In this document: piece after piece, positions 44,546 to 52,583 of the stretch
How positions within the stretch are numbered: position 1 is the stretch's first letter
Layout: the number at the start of each line of letters is the position of its first letter
DNA from: a virus
Virus record (IMG/VR): IMGVR_UViG_3300029194_000183
Coordinates: 9,970-73,969 of that record
Length of the DNA: 64,000 bases
Reading direction: 5' to 3' (one strand)
Position numbers and translations under genes: made by a program
Notes under the pieces: generated by a model
What the model saw: only the letters and a program-made list of their open reading frames with translations
Databases searched by the model: none
What the model was told of the DNA's origin: nothing

Positions 44546-44635
44546 CTGGGAAAGGGTTCTCGACGATCCGAGGCCCCCACCAGCCCACAAGCCAGCCCCT
44601 CCTGCCTTGGCAGAAGGGGCCGTTTTCTTTATTCG
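44545..44635 (+). ncRNA. Candidate ~90-nt small RNA (orphan promoter to intrinsic terminator)
   Basis: The predicted TSS lies about 7 nt after TAATAT. The terminator is cccctcctgcc-tt-ggcagaagggg followed by ccgttttctttattc. There is no ORF with an RBS in between. Confidence 0.25.
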
Positions 44636-45000
44636 GGCTGTGTGCCGTCGCTGGTTTGGATGGCTGCGAGTCCCGATGCGGTGCGAACGAAAAGTTCCGG
44701 ATTCCAGAACCGTTTCCTGAACCTGTCCATGAGTTCCGGCGACAAGTCCGTGAAGTCTTCCTCACCCACCCCGCAGAGGAAGAAGCTACCTCGGATCGGC
44801 TGTTTCAGTTCCCGGATATACCGGCTGAACAGCTTATCCGTAAACAGTCCGTTGTCATCCGTGACCAGGGCGACCGGTTCCGGCCACGGGTATGTCGCCG
44901 TGATGCAGTCGCAGTCCAGCACCTTATAGTATTCTTCCAGCGTGGGCTGGATATCGATCTCCTTCGGATGTTCCATCGGCTCGACCAAAAGCACCTTCAT
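44629..45000 (-). CDS. DUF3846-like protein
   Basis: MKVLLVEPMEHPKEIDIQPTLEEYYKVLDCDCITATYPWPEPVALVTDDNGLFTDK...GSFFLCGVGEEDFTDLS matches the DUF3846 pattern. ATGA overlap with the upstream gene. Confidence 0.5.
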   Translation of the reverse strand: MKVLLVEPMEHPKEIDIQPTLEEYYKVLDCDCITATYPWPEPVALVTDDNGLFTDKLFSRYIRELKQPIRGSFFLCGVGEEDFTDLSPELMDRFRKRFWNPELFVRTASGLAAIQTSDGTQPE

Positions 45001-45456
45001 TCGACCCACCCCGCTTTCACGATTGCCCAGTCGGTCAGCGGTGTTGCTTCTCCAAGAAAGTCTTCCATCGCTTCGACCGTACCGCAGGTGTTGCACACCA
45101 TGATCTCTGCGTAGCGGCTGAGGGCTTGCTGCTGGTGGTCGTAACAGTCCGGCTCAGCGCCGCACCGTGGGCAACGTGGGCCCGCCTGTCGCGCCTTACC
45201 GAGGTGGTCGAGCGATTCCTTTACCTCGGTCTCGGACGCCACACGGTGGCAACTGTCCGCACCGTAGGCAACGTTCAGGCTGCCGCCTGTATCCCAGGAA
45301 ACCATCACATTGCCGGCATCGTCCACACCACGGCAGGTTCCCTGCGTGCCCAAGGCCGGTGCCTGGGCATCTTCCATTCGGTCCAGCACCACACGGCAGC
45401 CGACCGGGAACTGTGTCCGCAGAGTTTCTACGGTCTTTCTATCCGGAAATCTCATC
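44997..45456 (-). CDS. DUF4314-like protein with C-terminal Zn-ribbon
   Basis: FPVGCRVVLDRMEDAQAPALGTQGTCRGVDDAGNVMVSWDTGGSLNVAYGADS is the DUF4314 pattern, followed by CPRCG...CNTCG. The start overlaps the GGCT gene stop (ATGA), with an AAGGAGG RBS. Confidence 0.5.
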
Positions 45457-45934
45457 CCTGCACCTCCTTGATCATCTTCTCCGCGAGTTTCTTGTTGTTG
45501 GTACACTTCTTCAGTGCGCCCTCCAAGATGTGCATCGGGAAATGAAATGCCTTATAGCCATCGTGAAGGACTCGATAGTAGTACAGACTCGGCATTTTCT
45601 GCCCATAGTCGTGTTCCATGATATAGACCATGGCGGTGACGGTCATGGGCTCCGCATCCTTGCTCACCACCTCGACCGTCATATTTTCCTTGCGGTAGTA
45701 GTGCGGGAAGCCCTCATAGATGTCGAGGTTCTTCTCATCGCCAGCGGAGATTTCCCACACCAGGACCGGTGTGTTCTTTCCCTTGTTCGGCAGGATGGTC
45801 GCGCAGCCGTGGAAGGCCAGCTCCCAGTCTTCCAAAACAGCCTGGCCCACAATGCGGGCATCCGGGCACCGCTGTGCCATCTGCTCCACCGACAAGTTGC
45901 TGCCGTATGCGATGTAATACTTCTTTTCGTTCAT
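45452..45934 (-). CDS. GGCT/AIG2-like gamma-glutamyl cyclotransferase family protein (copy 1)
   Basis: YYIAYGSNL hallmark, then PVLVWEISAGDEKNLDIYEGFPHYY with the catalytic-Glu motif. Preceded by cassette R7. Confidence 0.7.
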   Translation of the reverse strand: MNEKKYYIAYGSNLSVEQMAQRCPDARIVGQAVLEDWELAFHGCATILPNKGKNTPVLVWEISAGDEKNLDIYEGFPHYYRKENMTVEVVSKDAEPMTVTAMVYIMEHDYGQKMPSLYYYRVLHDGYKAFHFPMHILEGALKKCTNNKKLAEKMIKEVQG

Positions 45935-45944
45935 AGTCGCTTGC

Positions 45945-46045
45945 TCCTTTCGTTTCCGCTGTTGTCTGGCGGTATGCTATATATGCCTCTGTTTTGCCCG
46001 AATAGCAAGGCCAATGTGCATCATATCCTGCACAATGATTTCCTC
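45945..46045 (-). promoter_or_regulatory. Promoter/leader cassette copy R7 (TTGCTA-N19-TATATA; more divergent)
   Basis: Minus strand reads attggccTTGCTAttcgggcaaaacagaggcaTATATAgcataccgccagacaacagcggaaacgaaaggagc. Confidence 0.4.
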
Positions 46046-46066
46046 ACAGGATCGGCAAAATTGTAC

Positions 46067-46608
46067 TCAGTCGATTTCTTTGAGGAACTCCACCGCTGCC
46101 GCCTTTCCGATGCTGGAAGACAGCCCACTGTGCAATGTATCTGTCGGGAATCCCCACTCCGTATACCCGTCTGCCAATAAGTCGAAGTACTCATGGCTGG
46201 GGCAGCCGAGCTGCCTTTCTTCGTGTAAGATGTATGCCATACAGGTTTTCAGCTTCTTCATCCGATGCCCATCCAGATTCCAGACGGGAAGCTGGAACTG
46301 CTTCTTGTAATAGTACCGAGGGCAGCCCTCATACCGATCCAGCAGCAGTTCATCAAACTCGGAAAGCAGCCATACCACAGCTGGGACGCTTTCATTGGCA
46401 TCCTGCTCGATGGTGGCGTAGCACCCAGTCTTGCTTTTCTTGAACAGGAGTCGGTATCCGTAGATTTCGGTAACACCGACCGGCACCGCATAGGGGCATC
46501 TGTGCCCCATCCGCTCCATGTCAAGGTTGCTGCCGTAGGCAAGATAGTACCGGGACGGCTTTCTGCTGATCCCACCCTTGTCGAACCGGAAGTGATCAAT
46601 CACCGACC
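46067..46608 (-). CDS. GGCT/AIG2-like cyclotransferase family protein (copy 2); start approximate (probable GTG)
   Basis: SRYYLAYGSNLDMERMGHRCPYAVPVG...PAVVWLLSEFDELLLDRYEGCPRYYY. The upstream part of the ORF overlaps the small gene 46596–46826. Confidence 0.6.
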
Positions 46609-46826
46609 TCACCGCCTTCCGCTGCGGAAAAGTCCACGCCGTCAAAGTCCTCAGCTTCCAGAACGATCTGTCCGTTGTGCCACCAGTCGCTGACCGCCTG
46701 GACGGCCTCATCCATCGTGGGTTCCTTGATCTCAGATTCGTTGACCTCGACCACCCGTTTGAGGGTCTCGGTGATGACCACCCGGAACGTTCTGCCGGGT
46801 GCGGTTTCTCTGGTTTCATTTTTCAT
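46596..46826 (-). CDS. Hypothetical small acidic protein (76 aa)
   Basis: Strong RBS GAAGGAGG precedes ATG MKNETRETAP. Sits between the amidoligase and GGCT copy 2. Confidence 0.4.
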   Translation of the reverse strand: MKNETRETAPGRTFRVVITETLKRVVEVNESEIKEPTMDEAVQAVSDWWHNGQIVLEAEDFDGVDFSAAEGGEVGD

Positions 46827-46896
46827 GGCGTATCGCCCTCCTTCTACCGCCTAAAGGGCGGTTGCCCGCCCGATAGGTGCCCGTGCAAGTCGGCGC

Positions 46897-47832
46897 TTAT
46901 GCGTTGCGCCAGCTTGCGTTGCCCTCCATATTCCGCAGAAGGATCTCCCGTGCTGTTTTGAACTCGTCCCCGATGAAACCCAGCCGAAGCATCCAGCACC
47001 GCATTGCGTATTTCTCGTTGTCAGTCTGCTGGGGCTTGGGGCTTGCGGTCTTCACCATCTTGGCAAGCTGGCTCATTGCGAGGCAAAGCTGGATGTAGGC
47101 TTTCAGCTCACCGGCGTGCAGTCCGTTCTGCTTGCCGTCGCTGGGGTCGGCAAACTGGAAAAGCCGGAATTCAATCGTGCCCTTGGTGAAGGTGGCGTGG
47201 AGGTTCAGCATATGGTATCGGCTTTCATTGTAATGTGCCGTTCTGCCGTAGTCTGCGTGGTTGCCGGCGTACCAGATGTCGGCAAGCTCAGTCATGGTCG
47301 TCGGCTTTCTCTTGTTCAGCTGGTCAAGGAATCGGGGGTCGACCACTCGGCAGTACTGTCCGGTTCTGCCTGCATCGATGCGAATCGCTCTGCCGATCTG
47401 TTCTTCGTGGGCGGCCATGATGTTGACCAGATTCCGCAGGGTCTTGGGGGTGTGGCTACCCTTGCCGATGTGGATGTGAACGCCGCATCCCCGGCTGGGG
47501 CTGGACTTTGCGCCAGCCTTGCGGAGCAGTCGGATGATTGCCTGCAAGGTCTCGATGTCCTCGTAGGTAAGGATGGGGGTCACCATCTCGCACTTTTCAG
47601 CTTCCGGTCCGTGGATGCTGATGTCTCGCTGGAATTTCCAAACCCTGCCCTGCTGGTCCTTGCAAGCCCAGCTCATGTACCCGTACTCGCCGGCTGCGTA
47701 CCATGCGGTCGTTCCGAAGAACTCGGCAACCTTTCTGGCGGCTTTCTCGCGGGTGATGTTGTTCATCTCAACCTCGACCCCGATGGTCTGCATCTTCATG
47801 GCTTCGATCTGCTCTCTGGTCTTATCGTTCAT
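46897..47832 (-). CDS. Amidoligase_2-family protein (glutamine-synthetase/GCS2-like fold), putative
   Basis: IGVEVEMNN...CEMVTPIL...GCGVHIHIG show the E-x-E and H-x-H metal/ATP-site-like motifs. RBS AAAGGAG precedes ATG MNDKTREQ. Preceded by cassette R8. Confidence 0.6.
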   Translation of the reverse strand: MNDKTREQIEAMKMQTIGVEVEMNNITREKAARKVAEFFGTTAWYAAGEYGYMSWACKDQQGRVWKFQRDISIHGPEAEKCEMVTPILTYEDIETLQAIIRLLRKAGAKSSPSRGCGVHIHIGKGSHTPKTLRNLVNIMAAHEEQIGRAIRIDAGRTGQYCRVVDPRFLDQLNKRKPTTMTELADIWYAGNHADYGRTAHYNESRYHMLNLHATFTKGTIEFRLFQFADPSDGKQNGLHAGELKAYIQLCLAMSQLAKMVKTASPKPQQTDNEKYAMRCWMLRLGFIGDEFKTAREILLRNMEGNASWRNA

Positions 47833-47849
47833 GGTGTTTATCTCCTTTT

Positions 47850-47945
47850 GTCTTGTTCTGTTCCCCTTGCGGTATGTGCATATTACCGTCATGTGGGGAG
47901 GATAGCAAGGCCATAAAGGGTCAAATAATCACCGATCATTCAAGG
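47850..47945 (-). promoter_or_regulatory. Promoter/leader cassette copy R8 (TTGCTA-N17-TAATAT)
   Basis: Minus strand reads tgtacacgatctttgccttgaatgatcggtgattatttgaccctttatggccTTGCTAtcctccccacatgacggTAATATgcacataccgcaagggg. Confidence 0.5.
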
Positions 47946-48063
47946 CAAAGATCGTGTACATTATGGCAAAAAACACACTTGATACTGTACATTTTCAGAG
48001 TTAATATCGGTACAATGGAAGAAGCTCTCTCTTATCCGGCGGTCCCCATAAGGGGTCAGGAGC

Positions 48064-49215
48064 TTACGCTCCCGCCTCCTGTGCCTGGGGTGCGCCGTCT
48101 GCCCCACAGTCGGGCTGTGTGGGGGCTTCCGCTGCCGCTTCGGCCGTTTCCTCGGCGGCAGAAACGCCGCCGTGTGCCGCCTGTTTTGCGGCTTTCAGGG
48201 CATCTCGCTTAGCCTTTTCCTTAACCCGGAACTTTTCGGCATCTTCCTCGGTGCGGAATGCCGCATGACCGGAAAGGTTCTGCATCAGGAGTTTGCGGAT
48301 GGTCTTGTGTTCATCTCCGTTCAGACCCAGTCGGATCAGCCAGATGCGGAGTGCGTACTTCTCATTGGCATCGTTGATGGTCTTTGCCTGGATTCGCTTC
48401 TGAGCGATTGCCATCCGGTTCATGGCGGCGCAGAGTTCCGTGTAGGCACGGACCTTCTCCTGCGTCAGCGGACCGGCAAAAGCCAGGCTGATCTTCTCCG
48501 CCGTGATCTGGATGCCGGTCATGCCGGTGGTACCGGCACCCAGGCGGTATTCTTCCAGCTCATCCAGCATTTCGCTCACCGTATGGGGCGTTGCCTGTTC
48601 CAGTGCGTCCAGAAGTCCCTGCGACACCGTGAAGTTCGTACCCATCGCTTTGTTCAGCAGAGGGCCTCGGCTGTACATGAGGTTCAGGAAATTCCGCAGG
48701 CTCTGGGCGGTATGCCCGGACATCGGCAGGCTGATGGTCAGCTCATCCACATCCTGCAAGGTCGGCTGTTCGGTCGGAGCAGGTGCCTCATCCGCATCGG
48801 TGTCATTCACAGTGTCCATCGGCTTGTTCTCGTCCACCGGTTCCTGAGCTTCCGGGGATTCCACGGCAGTTGTGTCCGGTTCCTCGGTGGGCTGGATATC
48901 CTCGGTGATGTCCACGGTCTCATCCGACCCTTCGCACTCCGATTCCGAGCTCTCCTCGCAGGCGGTTTCGGTTTCCGAGGTCTCCGGGGTCTCCGCGCCT
49001 TCCTCACGGATAATGCCCTCGTCCAGCAGCGTCCGGATGATCTCCGGCGCAGCGTTATCTTCGATCACAAGCGTTCCCTCCTTTTCTACTGTGTAACTGC
49101 CGACGATGTAAGCGCAGCGCGGCATGAAAGTGTACCGGGAATGAAGCCCGGTCAACTCCATCAGGCGGCTTACCAGAACCTTGCGGTCATCAATATTCAG
49201 TGCGTACTTTTTCAT
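48064..49215 (-). CDS. Amidoligase-paralog protein with acidic N-terminal region (possibly non-catalytic)
   Basis: The C-terminal 200 aa (SGHTAQSLRNFLNLMYS...NEKYALRIWLIRLGLNGDEHKTIRKLLMQNLSGHAAFR) align with the C-terminal half of 46897–47832 (GSHTPKTLRNLVNIMAA...NEKYAMRCWMLRLGFIGDEFKTAREILLRNMEGNASWR). It lacks the N-terminal E-x-E region. Preceded by cassette R9. Confidence 0.45.
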   Translation of the reverse strand: MKKYALNIDDRKVLVSRLMELTGLHSRYTFMPRCAYIVGSYTVEKEGTLVIEDNAAPEIIRTLLDEGIIREEGAETPETSETETACEESSESECEGSDETVDITEDIQPTEEPDTTAVESPEAQEPVDENKPMDTVNDTDADEAPAPTEQPTLQDVDELTISLPMSGHTAQSLRNFLNLMYSRGPLLNKAMGTNFTVSQGLLDALEQATPHTVSEMLDELEEYRLGAGTTGMTGIQITAEKISLAFAGPLTQEKVRAYTELCAAMNRMAIAQKRIQAKTINDANEKYALRIWLIRLGLNGDEHKTIRKLLMQNLSGHAAFRTEEDAEKFRVKEKAKRDALKAAKQAAHGGVSAAEETAEAAAEAPTQPDCGADGAPQAQEAGA

Positions 49216-49234
49216 GGCTTTGTGCCCCTTTCTT

Positions 49235-49335
49235 TGTTTTCGGTAGCACATATATCGCTCTGAATCGATGAAATAGCAAGGCCATTTCTCGACATTCTTC
49301 ATATTCGACCTTTTACACGATCCGTACAAAACACG
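49235..49335 (-). promoter_or_regulatory. Promoter/leader cassette copy R9 (TTGCTA-N19-TATATG; divergent)
   Basis: Minus strand reads ggatcgtgtaaaaggtcgaatatgaagaatgtcgagaaatggccTTGCTAtttcatcgattcagagcgaTATATGtgctaccg. Confidence 0.4.
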
Positions 49336-49419
49336 ACTGTGCAAGATCATCCGATATGTACGCCCACGGTATCACGGGGTAGCCTTTACCTCGTAATACA
49401 GTGGGCCATTTTATTGGTT

Positions 49420-50238
49420 TCAGCCGACTCTTGCTTCCAGCGCAGCGATGCGCTGCTCAAACTCAGCCGTCTTATTTTCCAGAGCTTCCAGACGCTCGGC
49501 CTCGGTCAGGGGCTTTTTCTCCTCGTCAAGGATCAGGTAGCGTTCCATGACGTAACCGGGAATGGTCTCATAAGTCACAGCGCACCAGCCATCTTCCTGC
49601 CCGATCACGTCCAGCCGGGCACCGTTGGGAATCCAGGCAAGACGGTCAGCGGTTCTTTCGGGAGCCTGCCGCAGACTCAATCTTCCGCCCGTAACGGTTG
49701 CCTTGCAATGAACTGCCAGCATATTGACCTTTTCCATCTCTACCTTCTCCTCTCGATTACTTTTATAGTTGATGCCTTTCAGCCGGCCGCCGAACTTCCA
49801 CCTGCCCAGAACTGAGTCACGGTGGATGCTGTTTCCTTCCACGCTGGTGGAGCAATGGGTGATCTCCAGCGGATGCACTCTTGTGATCACGCCCACATGG
49901 TAGTAGTCCCGCAGGTCTCCGGTACAGTTTACACCTCCCGACTTGTACCGGTCCGGCAAACTGTAGCTGCTGTCGCCGGGGTTCCGGGCTTTGAATACGA
50001 TCTCACCCACGAACAAGTGTGCGGTTTTGAGTTTCACAAAGTCCGCCATCTGTTTCCGGGCTGCGTAGTTACTGCCGTGGTAGCCGTTCCAGCTTCCACC
50101 GGCTCTGCGGACTGCGCCGATGATAAGACCAATGCAGTCACAGGTACCATCCGTACCGCTGCCGCCGATGCGATAGTCTGGTTTCGTAGCACAGATGGTC
50201 TCGAGCTGCTCAAGAAAAGCAGTCAGGGTGATGCTCAC
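49420..50238 (-). CDS. NlpC/P60-like papain-fold cysteine peptidase with SH3b-like domain and C-terminal coiled coil
   Basis: GTDGTCDCIGLIIGAV carries the Cys nucleophile context, and ...YYHVGVITRVHPLEITHCS the His. The SH3b-like segment reads GGRLSLRQAPERTADRLAWIPNGARLDVIGQEDGWCAVTY. GTG start overlaps the MTase stop (GTGA). Confidence 0.5.
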   Translation of the reverse strand: MSITLTAFLEQLETICATKPDYRIGGSGTDGTCDCIGLIIGAVRRAGGSWNGYHGSNYAARKQMADFVKLKTAHLFVGEIVFKARNPGDSSYSLPDRYKSGGVNCTGDLRDYYHVGVITRVHPLEITHCSTSVEGNSIHRDSVLGRWKFGGRLKGINYKSNREEKVEMEKVNMLAVHCKATVTGGRLSLRQAPERTADRLAWIPNGARLDVIGQEDGWCAVTYETIPGYVMERYLILDEEKKPLTEAERLEALENKTAEFEQRIAALEARVG

Positions 50239-52583
50239 TCCGATTCACTCCCATTCTCAGGCGATCCGGCCACCCAGACGATGCCGGACAGTACAAAAAA
50301 GACACACGGCAGTGCGACACCATTGCCCCAGAGCTTATACTCTGCGGCATCCGAATACGGGTCTGCCAGCCATTTTCGGATCTGCTTTTCCGTCTTCGGC
50401 TTCTTGGCGTGGGTCACCAGTCTGCGGTGCGTTTCAAACACATCCTGCCAGAAAGCGATTTCATCCTCGGTGGGATTCTCAGTTTCGATGTCATGGCACC
50501 ACCAGTCCGGGAAACCCTGCAGCCGAGCGCACTCAGTCGGGGTCAGACGGCGAACCGTATAGGACACGGGGATCGGCTGTGCGTCCGGGTTATCGATGAC
50601 CAGCCGGTCATTAAAAGCGTCCTGCCCGTTGAAGCCGCTGGGATGCGCCCCGGTCGCCACCGTTCCCGACACGCCATCGTTCAGGTGCGGCACCGGCGCT
50701 ATGGTGGTGGGGTCTTTAAAGTCCCGGGCCATAAGGGTGGGAGATACATTCTCCTCGACCCTCATGAAGGAGCCGGTGGTCATGGCGTAAACATCTTCCG
50801 GTGCGCAGACTGCGTGACGGTCAGTGGCATCCAGCGTAAAGCAGACATCTTCGTTGATGCCGTCACCTTGCGGACCATTCTCGTCTTTGCGGCCGATCAT
50901 GTTGCCCTGCAGCACGAAGGTCTGCATCTGGTCGCTTCGGGTCGCCATGAGCGCACCGGACTTTCCATGCAGGTCGATCAGCTCATTGCGCTGATTCACA
51001 TGGAATGCCGTCACGTCATCCGGCTGCGCCACAAAGGTCTGCTGTTTCATTCCCGGTTGTGCAGACAGCGAACCCGCCGTCTCGCCCAGATTCCGGACTT
51101 CATCCCGCTGGTTCTGGGTAAAGGCTACTGCCGGAGCCCCGCCATGGGTGCAGGCCAGAGGCGGTGCCACCTGTTCGTCTACCGTGCAGTTCGACTTGCC
51201 TCCACCCTGATCCACGCAGACAACAGGTTCACAGATACACAGCCCACCCTGGTTACAGGTCGGGTCACCGCCGCTGCGATCAAGCGTCCGGGAAGTTTCC
51301 GCTTCATAGAATCCGCTGTGGGGGTTATCCGACATCATGGAATGGCTGGCCTTGGAGCAGACACCGTAGCACTTAGGCACGAACACGGTCTGGTCGTTGT
51401 TGCAGCCGAGGGTAGCAGATTTTTCCTCCTGCCAGATAGCACCTTTGCCGCCACCCTCACATCCAGAACGAATTTTCAGTGTGACTGCAGGTGAGTTTTC
51501 CACCTCTTTCCCGCTGTTTTCCACGCCATCCAGAACCAGCGGAACATTGCCGCCGCCCGTACCGCATCTACTGGTCAGAGTCTGTACCTTGCCATCCTTG
51601 GAAATTTTCACTCGACTGTCAGTCGGATGATTTTCCAAAGCGATGGCGGCAGGCACGACTCCGGCCCGGAGAGTGGGAGAACGTTCTTTCTCATATCCGA
51701 TGCTCCTCGCATTGGCGGAGTGTTCGGTGCAAAAACCTGCGGATTCCAAAACGCAAGGCGGGTGATGTGCCTCTGCACGGAGGGTGGAGGTCACCTCCTC
51801 GGTCACATCCATCCTCTCCCCGCCCTGATCGTTCAGGCAGATTCTTCCGCAGCAGCCTGCCGTTCCAGTGCCGCCTTCAGCACCGGAGGCAGCTCTTTGC
51901 CACGTACGGAAGCTCTCCGCAGAATACCCAGACACGCCTTCGGACTCAAATAATACTTTTGGAGCACCGTGGTCTGCAAAATCTGCGACAAGGTAGATGC
52001 GTTTTCTCCTTTGGGGTACGCCCCACCATTGAGCGTCAAGAACTCGATATGCGACGCTCCATCCGTCTCCCAGATAGTAATCTGCATCGGGCCAGCCTTT
52101 TTTGTCAGGCGCAGGCACCTCGGTGGACGGTTCCTTAACACCGATGACGGCCTCGAGGACTGCTTTGAAGTCCTGCCCTTTGTTGGACGAGAAGGCGCCT
52201 GGGACATTCTCCCATACGATAAATCTTGGTTTTGCTCCATTGGTCTTACACCTCATTTCCTTCACGATTCGAATCGCTTCATAGAACAGGCTGGACCGTG
52301 AACCATCCAGACCGTCTCTTTTACCGGCAATGGACATATCCTGACAAGGACTGCCAAAGGTGATGATATCCACCGGCGGCAAGTCTGAGCCGTTGATGGC
52401 GGACACATCCCCGTAGTGCTTCACCTCCGGCAGACGCTTGGTCGTGACCCGGATGGCGAAGGGTTCCACTTCGCTGCTCCACAGCGGCGTGATACAACCT
52501 GTCAGTAAACCGCCCAAAGGGAAACCCCCGGAGCCATCAAAGAGGCTGCCGAGGGTCAGTTGGATATTCGATTCGGTGCTCAT
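50235..52583 (-). CDS. DNA (cytosine-5)-methyltransferase with an expanded multi-module target-recognition region
   Basis: Motifs I FDGSGG, IV GSPCQDMSIAG, VI ENVPG, VIII QRRKRIY, IX RRLTPTECARLQGFPDWW, X GNGVALP. About 470 aa between motifs VIII and IX hold at least 6 segments of the form (S/T)(P)TL....G.GGG..P(L/V). Confidence 0.85.
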   Translation of the reverse strand: MSTESNIQLTLGSLFDGSGGFPLGGLLTGCITPLWSSEVEPFAIRVTTKRLPEVKHYGDVSAINGSDLPPVDIITFGSPCQDMSIAGKRDGLDGSRSSLFYEAIRIVKEMRCKTNGAKPRFIVWENVPGAFSSNKGQDFKAVLEAVIGVKEPSTEVPAPDKKGWPDADYYLGDGWSVAYRVLDAQWWGVPQRRKRIYLVADFADHGAPKVLFESEGVSGYSAESFRTWQRAASGAEGGTGTAGCCGRICLNDQGGERMDVTEEVTSTLRAEAHHPPCVLESAGFCTEHSANARSIGYEKERSPTLRAGVVPAAIALENHPTDSRVKISKDGKVQTLTSRCGTGGGNVPLVLDGVENSGKEVENSPAVTLKIRSGCEGGGKGAIWQEEKSATLGCNNDQTVFVPKCYGVCSKASHSMMSDNPHSGFYEAETSRTLDRSGGDPTCNQGGLCICEPVVCVDQGGGKSNCTVDEQVAPPLACTHGGAPAVAFTQNQRDEVRNLGETAGSLSAQPGMKQQTFVAQPDDVTAFHVNQRNELIDLHGKSGALMATRSDQMQTFVLQGNMIGRKDENGPQGDGINEDVCFTLDATDRHAVCAPEDVYAMTTGSFMRVEENVSPTLMARDFKDPTTIAPVPHLNDGVSGTVATGAHPSGFNGQDAFNDRLVIDNPDAQPIPVSYTVRRLTPTECARLQGFPDWWCHDIETENPTEDEIAFWQDVFETHRRLVTHAKKPKTEKQIRKWLADPYSDAAEYKLWGNGVALPCVFFVLSGIVWVAGSPENGSESE

